DNA of 64,000 bases from Spirochaetaceae bacterium (GCA_965224705.1 OZ245056.1:1696001-1760000), one strand, 5' to 3'. Positions 39,422 through 50,581 are shown, counted from the stretch's first letter. Numbers and translations are program-made. Notes: a model not told the origin generated them from the sequence alone.

Positions 39422-40357
39422 ATGAACAAAAAAGAACGGGTAGAGGCCAGCCTGGCTGGTAAACCTTTCGACAGAGCGCCGGTGTCATTCTGGTACCACT
39501 TCGGGGTTCAGCATGAACCGGGGGAACGGATTGCGGAAATAGAGCTGAATTTTTTCAATTACTTCGATCTGGATTATCTGAAGCTAATGAACGACTACTA
39601 CTATCCCATGCCGGACGGTATGCAGGAATTGAAAACACGGGAAGACCTGAAAACAATCAGCCATTTCGATGTTCATAAATCCCCCTGGGGTGAACAACTT
39701 AAAGCCATTAACATAATAGCCGGCCAGCTGGATAGAGAGGCATATTTCGTCGATACCATTTTTGAACCCTGGCAGTGTTTAATACGAAATCTGGTCGGCG
39801 AACACCTGCCTATGCTTGTCCGGGATGCCCCGGATGCAATCCTGGAAGCCCTGGAAATCATTACTGACAATATTGTGGCTTACTGTAAAGCAGCCATTTC
39901 CGCCGGGGCAGCCGGAGTGTTTTTGTCCACCTTTTCCTCTTCCGCACAGATGGACAGGGCTCATTACATGAAATTCGCCTATCCCTTTGTAAAAAGGATT
40001 ATGGAAGAAATTAAGGACATGGGCATCATGAACACTCTGCATCTGCATGATTACGGTATCTTTACCAGGGAAATGGTGCAGCTTCCCGCCCACATTATAA
40101 GCTATGAGGACACCGATTCCCGGAACCCGTCCATAGCCCGGATGCGCACAGAATGGAAGGGCAGCATAATGGCCGGTATGGACAAGAATTTGATGACCCG
40201 CGTTACACCCCGCAAAGCCGTGGACAATGCCCTGACCGGCATAAAAAACGGAGGAAATACCCGTTTCTTCCTGGCCCCGGGATGCAGTTTCCCAACCTGG
40301 CTCTATCCCGAATCGGGTAAACTTCTGGTGGAAGCGGTTCAACAATCCGTTCACTGA
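39422..40357 (+). CDS. Uroporphyrinogen decarboxylase (URO-D/MtaA) superfamily protein
   Basis: MNKKERV..G...DRAPVSFWYHF start after GGAGG; AGAAGVF and FFLAPGCS motifs. Confidence 0.75.
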   Translation: MNKKERVEASLAGKPFDRAPVSFWYHFGVQHEPGERIAEIELNFFNYFDLDYLKLMNDYYYPMPDGMQELKTREDLKTISHFDVHKSPWGEQLKAINIIAGQLDREAYFVDTIFEPWQCLIRNLVGEHLPMLVRDAPDAILEALEIITDNIVAYCKAAISAGAAGVFLSTFSSSAQMDRAHYMKFAYPFVKRIMEEIKDMGIMNTLHLHDYGIFTREMVQLPAHIISYEDTDSRNPSIARMRTEWKGSIMAGMDKNLMTRVTPRKAVDNALTGIKNGGNTRFFLAPGCSFPTWLYPESGKLLVEAVQQSVH

Positions 40358-40902
40358 TGAACCTGTATCTGTGCGGCATGATCGGTTCCGGCAAGACCAC
40401 CATTGGCCAGGCGGTCAGTGCTGAAACCGGCCTGGCATTTCAGGATCTGGACCGGGAAATGGATGCCCGACTGGGGTATTCCTTCCACCGACTGGTGGCT
40501 GAACAGGGCTGGCTGCCCTTCCGCGAACTGGAGTACAGCATTTGCAAGCACTTTGCATCGCTGGACCATGCCATAATTTGCCTGGGCGGAGGCACGGTCC
40601 GTTACGAATGGAATCTGGATGCCATACGCGGTACCGGTCCGATAGTTCTGCTGGAAGCTGATGAGGAAGTCCTTATCCGACGGGTTTCCAGGGCCGACCG
40701 CCCAAGGGTAACCCCCAACACCGACCTGGAACAGGATATCCGCAATATGTGGCAGACCTATGCGGATCGCTACCGCAATGCGACGGATTACACCTACCGG
40801 ACAGATCAAAAAAATCTGGAGCAGGAAGTCGAAGATTTTCTGGAGCTTCTGGGGACACATGAGGTGTTTGCGGGGGTCGTGCCGAATGCTGATGAGGATT
40901 GA
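40357..40902 (+). CDS. Shikimate kinase-like protein
   Basis: GMIGSGKTT, DLD, FRELE, CLGGG and RP motifs. Translationally coupled to the upstream gene. Confidence 0.8.
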   Translation: MNLYLCGMIGSGKTTIGQAVSAETGLAFQDLDREMDARLGYSFHRLVAEQGWLPFRELEYSICKHFASLDHAIICLGGGTVRYEWNLDAIRGTGPIVLLEADEEVLIRRVSRADRPRVTPNTDLEQDIRNMWQTYADRYRNATDYTYRTDQKNLEQEVEDFLELLGTHEVFAGVVPNADED

Positions 40903-40925
40903 TCGGTTTCAGCCCTGGAGCCTTA

Positions 40926-41086
40926 GAGCCTGTCGGACTTACGCCTCACGGCTCGATTTTTGCCCTTTTTTCCCGCTACGGCGTTGCCAAAATGCTCACG
41001 TAGCCCAGCTACGCTCCGCTTTTGCCGCCTTGTATCGGAAAAAAATCATCAAAAATCGCCTCGAAGTCTCAAAGTCCGACAGACTC
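40926..41086 (+). mobile_element. MITE A copy (161 bp)
   Basis: Family A TIRs; CTTA duplicated on both sides. Confidence 0.9.
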
Positions 41087-41093
41087 CTTACGT

Positions 41094-41314
41094 AGTGTCA
41101 GAAAGCTTGTTAAATAAATCGATTGCTATTGTCAGAGATTTAATATATTATAGAATAAGTACTTACATGACCTTCGCCGACAGGGCTTCTCTCCGTTCCA
41201 AAGAGTGATTCGCCGAATTACAGCCATCAGTCAGCATTGAACAACGACACCAGACAGGGATCTCCATCTGGCTGGATTCTAATGAATCCAGGCTCCAACA
41301 AGCTTACTGACACT
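41094..41314. repeat. Family C inverted-repeat element
   Basis: AGTGTCAGAAAGCTTGT ... ACAAGCTTACTGACACT. Confidence 0.6.
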
Positions 41315-41512
41315 CAATAAGAATTGTGTTTTCCTTTTCCAAACAGGATATTATTCATTCCGGCAGCCGGATTATTATCCGCAGGGGCAGTTTTCTCTTT
41401 TACCGATGGCACAGGAACTGTGTCAATTTCTTCTGTAAAGAACAAACATTAACCACTATTCAGCCACAAAGAAATATTGCTGATCCGATTCAAACAATTT
41501 ATTTTGACCTGT

Positions 41513-44287
41513 ATGAAGATTCAATATTTTTTAAGGATTTCCTTTGCAATGCTGGTAATGCTGGCAATTCCGGCAATATTGACGCAGTGTTCCAGTTCCC
41601 ATCCGGAAAATGAACCTATTCCCAATGACCCGAAAGTCCTCCATGGTTTTCTGGACAATGGACTGGAATACTTTGTCCGGGAAAACAGCAAACCGCAGCA
41701 TAGGGTCGAGCTTAGATTGGTCATAAAGGCAGGCGCCCTTGCGGAGGATGAAAACCAGTCCGGGGTTGCCCATCTTCTGGAGCACATGCTGTTCAATGGG
41801 ACAGAGAAGTATTCCGGTCAGGCATTGAAGCGGCAACTAAAAGCATTTGGGATAGACTACGGTGCGGGTATCCATGCATACACCAGCCCGGACCGCAGCA
41901 TCTACCAACTGTCCCTGGGCTCTGACAATTTGGACATCGGTCTGGACATTCTTAATCAATGGGCATTCCATGCCGAACTGGATCCGGAATCTCTAAAAAA
42001 AGAAATCCTTGTTGTCCGGGAAGAATGGCGGCTGTCGGAGAATGCCGAAACACGCAAATACGATGCACTCCGGGCACTGTATTTTCATGGAACGGCGTAT
42101 GTGAAGCATCATCCCTTAGGCAGCATGGATCTGCTGATGAATGCTTCGGTTTCCGATCTTCAACGCTTTTACAAAGAATGGTACAGGCCGGAGCTTATGG
42201 CTGTTATAGCCGTGGGCGATTTTGATGCGGATGAAATTGTACGGAAGATACAGGAACTGTTCGGCAAAGCGGTCAACCCTCCCGATACCCGGCCCCTACC
42301 CGTTGCTGCCGTACCCAGCCATGATGACCTTCTTAGGGACATATTCCTGGACCCCGGTCTGGATGAGACATGGATAGAGATTGGAACAATTTTCCCCAGA
42401 CCGGTCTTGACGGATTTGGCATCGCATAAAACTCGTCTTATATACAGGCTCCTTTCCGATATGATGATAGAACGCCTGTATCAACTGAACTTTGATTCCT
42501 TCTTTTTCAATACTTATGATCTGTCCAAACCCATTGCTGTGGGGGCACTTGTCGGTAAAACCGATGATGTCCCGAAGGGCATGGAAACCCTGCTTCTGGA
42601 AGCGGAGCAGATTAGACAGCATGGTTTTCTGCCATCTGAACTTGATAATGTCAAAATCTGGTTCTGGGAGGATTTTAGGGAATACTGGGAACTGCGGGAT
42701 AAGCAAAGATCGGAGACTCTGGCTGAAACATACATCGATGCCTTCACATTCGGCGAGGCATGGCCATCCATAGACTGGAGATGGAAGACTGTCAACAACC
42801 TTCTAAACGATATAAGTCTGGAGGATATGAATCAGGCTGCCCAAACTCTGTTTGGCAGCACAAACCGATATGTCTTCGTAAGCGGACCATCCAGGTCCAG
42901 ATGGAGCGATTTTGACGAAGGGGACATACCGGAACTGATGGCCGATGTCCGTTCCCGCAAACTGCCCCCTCGGAATGACCTTCCCTCCAGCGACGACTAC
43001 AGAACAGCTCTGCCCGCTAAAAATCCCGAACCAGGCAGCATAGTCAGAAGGGAAGTTATGCCCGAAACAGGCATAGTCATACTGACCCTGTCCAACGGAG
43101 CACGTGTGTATTACAAAGTCAGAAATACCATGCCCAACGAACTGTATTTCGGTGCGGCAAGTCCGGGCGGAACAAACATGCTGGATGACAATATGCTTTT
43201 TGCAGAAGACTTGAGTCTGCATAGCTACAACAAAAATCCAATTGAACTTTTGATGGCCAACACTGGTGTTAATGCCTCAGTCTATCTGAAAGCCAATACC
43301 GAAGGAATGTACGGTACTGGACGGGGTGATGAGATGGAAGCCGTTTTCCATTATCTCTACATGCAGCACAGCGCCAAACCCGCATCCCGGGAAGATTGGA
43401 ATAATGCCAAAATCAGTTTAATAAAAGAGGCTGACAGCCGAAATTCCAGTCCCGCCACTATGTTCCGGATTAGCGGTATGCAGGAAATGAAGGGAAATCC
43501 GTATCGCGGACAGCCTGTATCATCCGACATTCTCGCACGCTGCACATTGGACGATGCCTATGCCATCTACCGGGACCGGTTTGCACAGGCAGGGGACTTC
43601 ATCTATCTGTTTACAGGCGATTTTGATTCTGATGAACTGGAACGATTGGCTAGCGTGTGGCTGGCTCCCCTCCCCTCCCCGTCTGAACCCGAAACATGGA
43701 AGGACAGAAAGATCCGTTATCTTCAAAAACCTATAGAGTATATGGCTCAAAACGAAACAGAACCCATAAGCCATATCTGGCTGGCCTGGGCCGGTGACTG
43801 GGACGGAAGTCAAAATCAATACAATCTTATAAAAATTCTGGTGAAAGCCCTTGAAAAAAAGCTGTACGATTCCATCCGGGAGGAATACGGCGGCGCATAT
43901 CGCATCGATGTTTATTCAATCATCGAATATGTTCCCATCCCCCAATACCGCATCAACATATCCTTCCAATGCGATCCCGAACGGGCCGGGGAACTGTTAT
44001 CAAAACTTAAGGGAATAGTGGAAGGATGGAAAACCAATCCTCCTGAAACCCGCTACCTCCACGAGACGATCGCCATGCTCAGTCATGAATATCAGGAAAG
44101 CAAAAACGAGAATTACTGGTGGATAGACCACATTGAAAAAATGGCCCTTTACGGTATTCCTTTTCCGGATTTGTCAGAATGGAAGCAGAATTTCGAAGCA
44201 GTCACACCTGAACTTCTTAGGAAAACCGCCGTTCGCTATCTGGATGGGAATCGGATGTTCACAGGCTTATTGATGCCGGAGAATTAG
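41513..44287 (+). CDS. M16 family zinc metallopeptidase (PqqL-like), probable lipoprotein
   Basis: LDNGLEY, inverted zinc motif HLLEH, FYKEWYRPE..VIAVGD and second-half LSNGARV. N-terminal hydrophobic stretch ends LTQC. Confidence 0.88.
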   Translation: MKIQYFLRISFAMLVMLAIPAILTQCSSSHPENEPIPNDPKVLHGFLDNGLEYFVRENSKPQHRVELRLVIKAGALAEDENQSGVAHLLEHMLFNGTEKYSGQALKRQLKAFGIDYGAGIHAYTSPDRSIYQLSLGSDNLDIGLDILNQWAFHAELDPESLKKEILVVREEWRLSENAETRKYDALRALYFHGTAYVKHHPLGSMDLLMNASVSDLQRFYKEWYRPELMAVIAVGDFDADEIVRKIQELFGKAVNPPDTRPLPVAAVPSHDDLLRDIFLDPGLDETWIEIGTIFPRPVLTDLASHKTRLIYRLLSDMMIERLYQLNFDSFFFNTYDLSKPIAVGALVGKTDDVPKGMETLLLEAEQIRQHGFLPSELDNVKIWFWEDFREYWELRDKQRSETLAETYIDAFTFGEAWPSIDWRWKTVNNLLNDISLEDMNQAAQTLFGSTNRYVFVSGPSRSRWSDFDEGDIPELMADVRSRKLPPRNDLPSSDDYRTALPAKNPEPGSIVRREVMPETGIVILTLSNGARVYYKVRNTMPNELYFGAASPGGTNMLDDNMLFAEDLSLHSYNKNPIELLMANTGVNASVYLKANTEGMYGTGRGDEMEAVFHYLYMQHSAKPASREDWNNAKISLIKEADSRNSSPATMFRISGMQEMKGNPYRGQPVSSDILARCTLDDAYAIYRDRFAQAGDFIYLFTGDFDSDELERLASVWLAPLPSPSEPETWKDRKIRYLQKPIEYMAQNETEPISHIWLAWAGDWDGSQNQYNLIKILVKALEKKLYDSIREEYGGAYRIDVYSIIEYVPIPQYRINISFQCDPERAGELLSKLKGIVEGWKTNPPETRYLHETIAMLSHEYQESKNENYWWIDHIEKMALYGIPFPDLSEWKQNFEAVTPELLRKTAVRYLDGNRMFTGLLMPEN

Positions 44288-44436
44288 CCCATGAATTGAG
44301 GCCTGACGCATACGAGGCTGCACGATACATCTAACAATGGAGTTTACTCGCCCGCATCAATCCTTTCCATAACACGCAATGTGTTTAGCTTGGGAATTCC
44401 CCTCCCCCCGCCTGTTTGTTTCGGGCCGAAATAAGG

Positions 44437-46194
44437 CTAATCCGCAACACTCGGCTGATTCTCGTGCGTCAGGGCCAGTTCCTTTCCCCGGAAACTCACA
44501 CCCAGTGCCAGACATCGTTTGGGATGCCACCTGGCCATTGCGCTGTCCCGGTATTTCTCCACGGCCTGGGCCAGAGCCTCGCGGGATAGCTGCTCCAGCG
44601 GGGTTTGGCCGCCTGCGTCCTCGTGCTTCAGCTCAAACAGAACAAGCTCATCACTCCAGCCCTCACCAGCGGTGCGCCGAACCAGAAGGATGTCGGCCCG
44701 CCCGGTGCCGTACTCCCGGTTGCTCTCTACCAGGTACTCTCCCCCAAGATAGGCCAGAAGACCCAGAAGTAATCCGTGGTAGAACATTTCCCCACTCTTC
44801 CTTCTACCCTTCCCGGTGCCCGCCATGTCGTGAAAGCTGGTCAGTGCCCGTAGCATCGCTCTCAGGCTCATTTCAATCAGACGGGGATTCATCTCTCGAA
44901 CGCCTCCGATAAAGGCCAGAAAATCCTCTCTGGCCTGAAACTCGTCATCCAGCCAGGTCTTGATAATCTTGTTGTAGACATAATGCACCTCCTTGTTGGG
45001 TATCGACAGACAATAATCCTGGCTGTATTCATGCTGCTGCCGGTCGGCGGCCTTCAAGTAGCCGCTGTGGAGGAGGAAGCTCCACACCGCATCGGGGTTT
45101 TTCTCTATCTCCGGGTAGGCAATATGGGGGTATACTTCTTTTCTTACCTCCTTGTTCCTCAGCAGGCGGGATACGATTTCGATTGATTCATGTTTTTCCA
45201 GATGGAGGGTTTCGCGCACCAGTCTGTTGTCGCTGGTATGCACCCAGTAGGGCCGCAGGCCATCTTCGGGCGCGCTTAAATAGTTGATGATGCTCCAGGG
45301 GTTGTAGATAACCGTGTCGCCGCCGAAAACATAGCCGTTGTACCAGTTTCGGATGCCGTCCATCTCGCCCTCCAGTCCGAAATGGGATGCCATGTTCTTC
45401 ACCTCATCCTCGGTGAATCCAAAGCAGTCCTTCATGGCCGAATTAAGCAGAGTTGACACCTTGGGATTGTTGAAGTCGCTGAATATACTCTCCTGGGCCA
45501 CTTTGAGTATGCCGACGACCACCGCCTGTTTCAGGTTGGGGTTGTCCTTGAAGCTCTGCGCCATGAAGCTTCGGATGAAGGCGATCATCTCCCTGTAATA
45601 CTCCTCCATGTAGGCGGTCATCAGAGGGGTGTCGTATTCGTCCAGAAGGATGTAGGCCGGTTTGCCAAAGGCGCGCTTTAGCCAGAAGGAGAGGTATTTG
45701 ATGGATTGGGCGCAGTCATTGTCGCTGCTGTTTCTGTTCAATACTCTGGAAAACAGTTCTTTATCGGCTTCGCGCAGCACTCCGCAATTTTGTAAATACT
45801 CATGCCGCTGGTATTCCATAGAGAGCATATTCCTGATGATCTCCATGCACTCATTGAATGATGCCCCTTTGGCATCCTTGAAACTCAAATGTATCACCGG
45901 ATACTGTCCCATGTATTCGCCGCACCGGGAGTGTTCCGTGATGGACATGCCGTCGAAAAGGGAGGCGTTGGGCGGCGCGTCAGTGCTGCTTCCGCCCGGC
46001 GGCAGGGCCTCAAAGAAATAGCGGATCATGCTTAAGTTCAGGGTTTTGCCGAAGCGGCGGGGGCGGGTGATGAGGTGCACCTTGCTGGGGTCATTGATAA
46101 AATGCGCTATGAGATGGGTTTTATCGACAAAGTAGCAATCATTGTCGATGAATTCCTTAAAATCGGTGATGCCCTGAGTGAGATTCTTTTTCAT
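44437..46194 (-). CDS. AAA-ATPase-like / PD-(D/E)XK nuclease protein, copy E
   Basis: RPRRFGKT, LLDEYD and SNREYGTGRADI..LFELK motifs. Confidence 0.9.
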   Translation of the reverse strand: MKKNLTQGITDFKEFIDNDCYFVDKTHLIAHFINDPSKVHLITRPRRFGKTLNLSMIRYFFEALPPGGSSTDAPPNASLFDGMSITEHSRCGEYMGQYPVIHLSFKDAKGASFNECMEIIRNMLSMEYQRHEYLQNCGVLREADKELFSRVLNRNSSDNDCAQSIKYLSFWLKRAFGKPAYILLDEYDTPLMTAYMEEYYREMIAFIRSFMAQSFKDNPNLKQAVVVGILKVAQESIFSDFNNPKVSTLLNSAMKDCFGFTEDEVKNMASHFGLEGEMDGIRNWYNGYVFGGDTVIYNPWSIINYLSAPEDGLRPYWVHTSDNRLVRETLHLEKHESIEIVSRLLRNKEVRKEVYPHIAYPEIEKNPDAVWSFLLHSGYLKAADRQQHEYSQDYCLSIPNKEVHYVYNKIIKTWLDDEFQAREDFLAFIGGVREMNPRLIEMSLRAMLRALTSFHDMAGTGKGRRKSGEMFYHGLLLGLLAYLGGEYLVESNREYGTGRADILLVRRTAGEGWSDELVLFELKHEDAGGQTPLEQLSREALAQAVEKYRDSAMARWHPKRCLALGVSFRGKELALTHENQPSVAD

Positions 46195-46327
46195 ACCGTA
46201 TTGAACATAGCATGGTTTTGCCGATTATGTCATACTATCCTCAACCAAATTCACATTGGAAATGAAGCTTTGTCATACCTTTTAACTACTGGAAAAGTGG
46301 GTGCGTCCATGCACCCCCGGTGCCTTA
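46195..46327 (-). repeat. Array-2 intergenic spacer (second copy at 48074-48227)
   Basis: Two highly similar units, each containing the palindrome GGGTGCGTCCATGCACC and the motif AAAACCATGCTA before the start codon. Confidence 0.85.
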
Positions 46328-48073
46328 TCAATCATAAAAAACCGCCAGTTCCCTGCCCCTAAACCCTACCCCCAGAACAAGCAGCCGCTGCGGATGCCAT
46401 TTGTTCCTTACTCCGTCCATGTACTTCGTTACCGCCTGGGTATGGGCTTCACGGGCTAAATCTTCCAGGGCTTTGCCGTCCTTCGCTGTTCCATGTTTGA
46501 ATTCCAGCAGAACGGCTTCCTCGGCCTGGGCCGGATTGTTTCCCTTCTTGAGTACCACGATGTCCGGGCGGCCCTCACCATATTCCCGGTTGCTCTCAAC
46601 GGTATACGCCGGGCTCAGGCAGGCCAGAAGTCCCAGTACCAGACCGTGGTAGAAGTTTTCCCGTCTGGATTCCTCGTCTTCCCCCTCCTCTTTGCTCCTG
46701 GCCGTATCATGGTAGCTGGCCAAACCGCGAAGAATGCGGGATAGTCCCCGTTCTATGTGCCGGGGACTGGCTTCCTGGATGCCGGTGACGAAGTCCGTGA
46801 AGTGTTCGTTTATTTTTATGTCTTCCTTTAGCCAGCGGGAAATAACGGTAATCCAGGCGGTTTCCACCTCCAGGTTGGGAATGGCGAGCCGCCATGTTAT
46901 GTCCCTGTGTTCCTGCCGCCTCTCGGAGGCCTTCAGGTAGCCGCTGTGGAGTAAAAAGCTCCATACTACGTCCGGGTCGCTTTCCACCTGAGGGTAGGGA
47001 ATGTTGGTCAGCAGGGGTTTGCGGACTTCCTCCTTCCGCAGGAGTTTTTCTATGGTCATCTTGGCTTCCCGGCGGTCTAATTGGATGACATCCTTGATCA
47101 GTCTGTTGTCGCTGGTGCCTATCCAGTGGGTCATCAACCCTTCCTCGGGTGAACGCAGATAGTTGACGATGCTCCATGGGTTGTAGATGACGGTGTCCCC
47201 GCCGAAGAGGTAGCCGTTGTACCATTCTTTTATGCCATCCATTTCGTCTTTCAGTCCAAAGTAAGCGGCCATTGCCTCCACTTCCGCTTCGGTGAAACCA
47301 AAGCAGTCCTTCATGGCCGAGGAAAGGATGGTAGACACACTGGGATTGTTGAAGTCGCTGAATATACTTTCCTGGGCAACTTTCAATATGCCGATCACCA
47401 CGGCCTGTTTCAGGTGGGGGTTGTCCTTGAAGGTCTGCACCATGAAGCTGCGGATGAAGGTGATCATCTGATCGTAGTAGTTGTCCAGATGGGCCGAATG
47501 CAGGGGCGTATCGTACTCGTCGAGAAGGATGTAGGGTGGTTTGCCGTAGACGCGCTTTAGCCAGAAGGAGAGGTATTTGATGGATTGGGCGCAGTCGTTG
47601 TTGGTACTGTTTCTGTTCAATACTCTGGAAAACAGTTCTTTATCGGCCTCGCGCAGCACTCCGCAATTTTGTAAGTATTCATGCCGCTGGTATTCCATAG
47701 AGAGCATATCCCTGATTATTTCCATGCACTCATTGAATGATGCCCCCTTGGCATCCTTAAAGCTCAAATGTATCACCGGATACTGTCCCATGTATTCGCG
47801 GCACCGGGGGTGTTCCGTGATGGACATGCCGTCGAAAAGGGAGGCATTGGGCGGTGCGTCAGTGCTGCTACCGCCCGGCGGCGGGGCCTCAAAGAAGTAG
47901 CGTATCATGCTTAAATTCAAGGTTTTGCCGAAGCGCCGGGGCCGTGTGATAAGATGTACCTTGCTGAGGTCATTGATAAAATGTGCTATGAGATGGGTTT
48001 TATCGACAAAGTAGCAATCATTGTCGATGAATTCCTTAAAATCGGTGATGCCCTGAGTCAGATTCTTTTCCAT
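46328..48073 (-). CDS. AAA-ATPase-like / PD-(D/E)XK nuclease protein, copy F
   Basis: RPRRFGKT, LLDEYD and SNREYGEGRPDI..LLEFK motifs. Confidence 0.9.
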   Translation of the reverse strand: MEKNLTQGITDFKEFIDNDCYFVDKTHLIAHFINDLSKVHLITRPRRFGKTLNLSMIRYFFEAPPPGGSSTDAPPNASLFDGMSITEHPRCREYMGQYPVIHLSFKDAKGASFNECMEIIRDMLSMEYQRHEYLQNCGVLREADKELFSRVLNRNSTNNDCAQSIKYLSFWLKRVYGKPPYILLDEYDTPLHSAHLDNYYDQMITFIRSFMVQTFKDNPHLKQAVVIGILKVAQESIFSDFNNPSVSTILSSAMKDCFGFTEAEVEAMAAYFGLKDEMDGIKEWYNGYLFGGDTVIYNPWSIVNYLRSPEEGLMTHWIGTSDNRLIKDVIQLDRREAKMTIEKLLRKEEVRKPLLTNIPYPQVESDPDVVWSFLLHSGYLKASERRQEHRDITWRLAIPNLEVETAWITVISRWLKEDIKINEHFTDFVTGIQEASPRHIERGLSRILRGLASYHDTARSKEEGEDEESRRENFYHGLVLGLLACLSPAYTVESNREYGEGRPDIVVLKKGNNPAQAEEAVLLEFKHGTAKDGKALEDLAREAHTQAVTKYMDGVRNKWHPQRLLVLGVGFRGRELAVFYD

Positions 48074-48227
48074 GCCGTATTAAACTTAGCATGGTTTTGC
48101 TGATTATGTCATACGGTCCTCAACCAAATTCTCATTGACAAATGAAGTTTTTGTCATACCTTTTAACTACTGGAAAAATGGGTGCGTCCATGCACCATCG
48201 GTGCCCTTATGTATGAGAAGGGAGTTA

Positions 48228-48447
48228 TCAATCGTAAAAACCGCCAGTTCTTTGCCCTTGAACCCTGCCCCCAGAACAAGCAGCCGCTCAGGATGCCATT
48301 TTTCCCTGACCCCGTTCAGATATTTTTCTACCATCTGGGTATGGGTTTCACAGGCTAAATCTTCCAGGGATTTGCCGTCCTTCGCATTCCCATGTTTGAA
48401 ATCCAATAAGACGATTTCCTCGCCTGGGCCGGATAGTTTCTTTTTTA
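48228..48447 (-). pseudogene. 3'-terminal remnant of an F-like AAA/PD-(D/E)XK gene
   Basis: EEIVLLDFKHGNAKDGKSLEDLA...KWHPERLLVLGAGFKGKELAVF aligns with the C-terminus of copy F. A 1-nt loss precedes the original stop. Confidence 0.85.
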
Positions 48448-48709
48448 TTGGCTTGTGCAATTCTCATTCATCCTTCTACTTGCGGCAATCTTATAGAACA
48501 ACGAATACAATAAACCTAGCAGGCAAGAAGACTGGCAGTAGGGACTGCTTGACTTGAGCAAATTCAGCGGTACAGGAGACAGCATTCTTACTAACAGAAT
48601 TGTTATTTTGAGCCGAATAGTGAAATCTGAAGGCGATGCGGCGATTATAGCCATGTTATCAATTTATTCTTTATTAAGATTTCTATCAATAGAGATTCCC
48701 CAAGTTACC

Positions 48710-48825
48710 GAGATTCCCCAAGCTAAAAAAAATCATTCACCCTGCCCCGGCAATCCAGAAATATCCCTCAATCTCGGAAAAAAATCATCAAAAATCGCCT
48801 CGAAGTCTTAAAATTCGACAGACTC
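48710..48825 (+). mobile_element. IS family B left end (48710-48773) fused to a MITE A right end (48774-48825)
   Basis: GAGATTCCCCAAGCTAAAAAAAATC..CACCCTGCC..ATCCAGAAATATCCCTCAATC matches the reverse complement of ~16670-16731. It is followed by AAAATCGCCTCGAAGTC..CGACAGACTC. Confidence 0.75.
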
Positions 48826-49004
48826 CAGGCATCTTTTCTGTAAAAACAGAAAAAAGTTAATCAGTCTCCATATCCAGATATCGTTCCCTGTTTCCCAATC
48901 TTCATCTTTTTCCATTTATAGAAAAATAATGCACTAATTCAACATGCTCTGTTCATAATTCTTTCACATATTATCTTTATTCGTTGTTAACGAAAGGAGC
49001 GAGT

Positions 49005-50222
49005 ATGAGAAAGATGATTTCAGGTATCTTTGCGAGGAAGTACACTGCTCTGGCAACCGCTTTGATCTTTGCCCTTTTAGCCGGAAACGCGGCCTTATTC
49101 GGGGAAAGTCTGACTTTCCGTGGGGAGCTGGATCAAACTATCCAGATCGATACAGCCGAAGAGGTAGAGATTCTGCTATCAAATGTCTCCCTGAGCAGCA
49201 GGACGGCTATTCCTATCCATATTAAAAACGCCCGGAACGTGATACTCGTGCTGGAGGGAACAAATCTCATTGAAACCGGAGCCGTTCCGGCGATAAAAAG
49301 TGAAGCACCGCTGCTTATCAGAGGCGGCGGCGCACTCCGCTTAATCGGTAAAGACGATGGCATAAACACGGTGTCTCTGACTGTCGAGGGAGGAAATTTT
49401 AACATTGATGTTGGCGATGACGCTATAAAAGCGGAAAATGAACTCACTATCAAGAACGGCAGCTTTATCATCTCCAGCCTGGGGGACGCCATTCACAGCG
49501 ACAACCGGGTCGTCATTTACGATGGGGTCATCGATATACGCCAATCCTATGAGGGCATTGAGGGGTGCAATATCTCTATCTTTGACGGTGATATAAAAAT
49601 CGTATCCATCGATGACGGTCTCAATATAGCGGGAGACAATTTGGACTTTAACAGCGACGCGCTCATCATCGAGGGAGGTTTTATCGAGGTGGATGCCACT
49701 GCGGACGGCATTGATTCCAATGCTTCTGTTTACATAAACGGGGGCGTCGTGCTGATAAACGGTCCGCCCGGCAGAGACACAGAGGGAAAGATTAATGGTG
49801 CTCTGGATTACGACAACACTTTTCACATGAATGGGGGTCTTCTGGTCGCTGTTGGGGATCATTCCATGGCCCAGGCCCCCTCTGGAGCGTCCTCCGTCAA
49901 TTCCGTGTTTTACATTCTCGACAGGCAGTGGGAAGCCGAAACCCTTCTCCACGTGGAAGACGACAGCAGCCAATCCCTTATCACCTTCCGCTCAAAAAAA
50001 CCGTTTCAGTCTTTTGTCGTCGCCAGCCCAAAATTAAAGAGCCGACAGAACTATCGTTTTTATATCGGGGGAGAGATTCTGTCTTCCGGCGGCGAAAGAG
50101 GGGGATTGTACACCAACCCTGTCTACAGAAACGGTCAACTGTTGGCGGAAACGACCATCACTTCAAGCGTCTCCTACCTGAAAGATCCAAACGCCCCAAT
50201 ACGCCGGAGAAGACGAAGATAG
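49005..50222 (+). CDS. Carbohydrate-binding domain-containing protein (Cthe_2159-like beta-helix)
   Basis: Signal peptide; repeated DDGI/DDAI/DAIHS/YEGIEG/DGIDSN turns, NGALDYD and MAQAP. Confidence 0.8.
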   Translation: MRKMISGIFARKYTALATALIFALLAGNAALFGESLTFRGELDQTIQIDTAEEVEILLSNVSLSSRTAIPIHIKNARNVILVLEGTNLIETGAVPAIKSEAPLLIRGGGALRLIGKDDGINTVSLTVEGGNFNIDVGDDAIKAENELTIKNGSFIISSLGDAIHSDNRVVIYDGVIDIRQSYEGIEGCNISIFDGDIKIVSIDDGLNIAGDNLDFNSDALIIEGGFIEVDATADGIDSNASVYINGGVVLINGPPGRDTEGKINGALDYDNTFHMNGGLLVAVGDHSMAQAPSGASSVNSVFYILDRQWEAETLLHVEDDSSQSLITFRSKKPFQSFVVASPKLKSRQNYRFYIGGEILSSGGERGGLYTNPVYRNGQLLAETTITSSVSYLKDPNAPIRRRRRR

Positions 50223-50382
50223 ACCGCTGTCGCCTTTGAATTGCCCAAAAACAGCCCGTCATTTTTGAGAATATCCCGAAAATCGAGATCCCTACTCTAT
50301 TATCAAATGGAATTGAGATCCTGGACTACCTTCTTGAAGATGTCTGTGCTAGAGTAAAGAGAATCCAGCAGGTACAGGCTAG

Positions 50383-50544
50383 GAGTCTGTCGGACTTTAA
50401 GGCTTCGAGGTGATTTCTGATGATTTTTTTCCGATACAAGGCGGCAAAAGCGGAGCGTAGCTGGGCTACGTGAGCATTTTGACAACGCGGTAGCGGGAAA
50501 AAATCATCAGAAATCGAGCCGTGAGGCGTAAGTCCGACAAACTC
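50383..50544 (-). mobile_element. MITE A copy
   Basis: Family A TIRs and CTAG duplication. It abuts an IS-B C-terminal fragment (LDSLYSSTDIFKKVV, ~50303-50378). Confidence 0.9.
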
Positions 50545-50581
50545 CTAGGACGCGTTGGAGTGCGGAAGAGAGGAGAACCCA

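Noticed and set aside
44326..44360. ATCTAAC after the M16 peptidase as an attC left end
   Set aside because: No matching inner inverted repeat or GTT right core could be identified.
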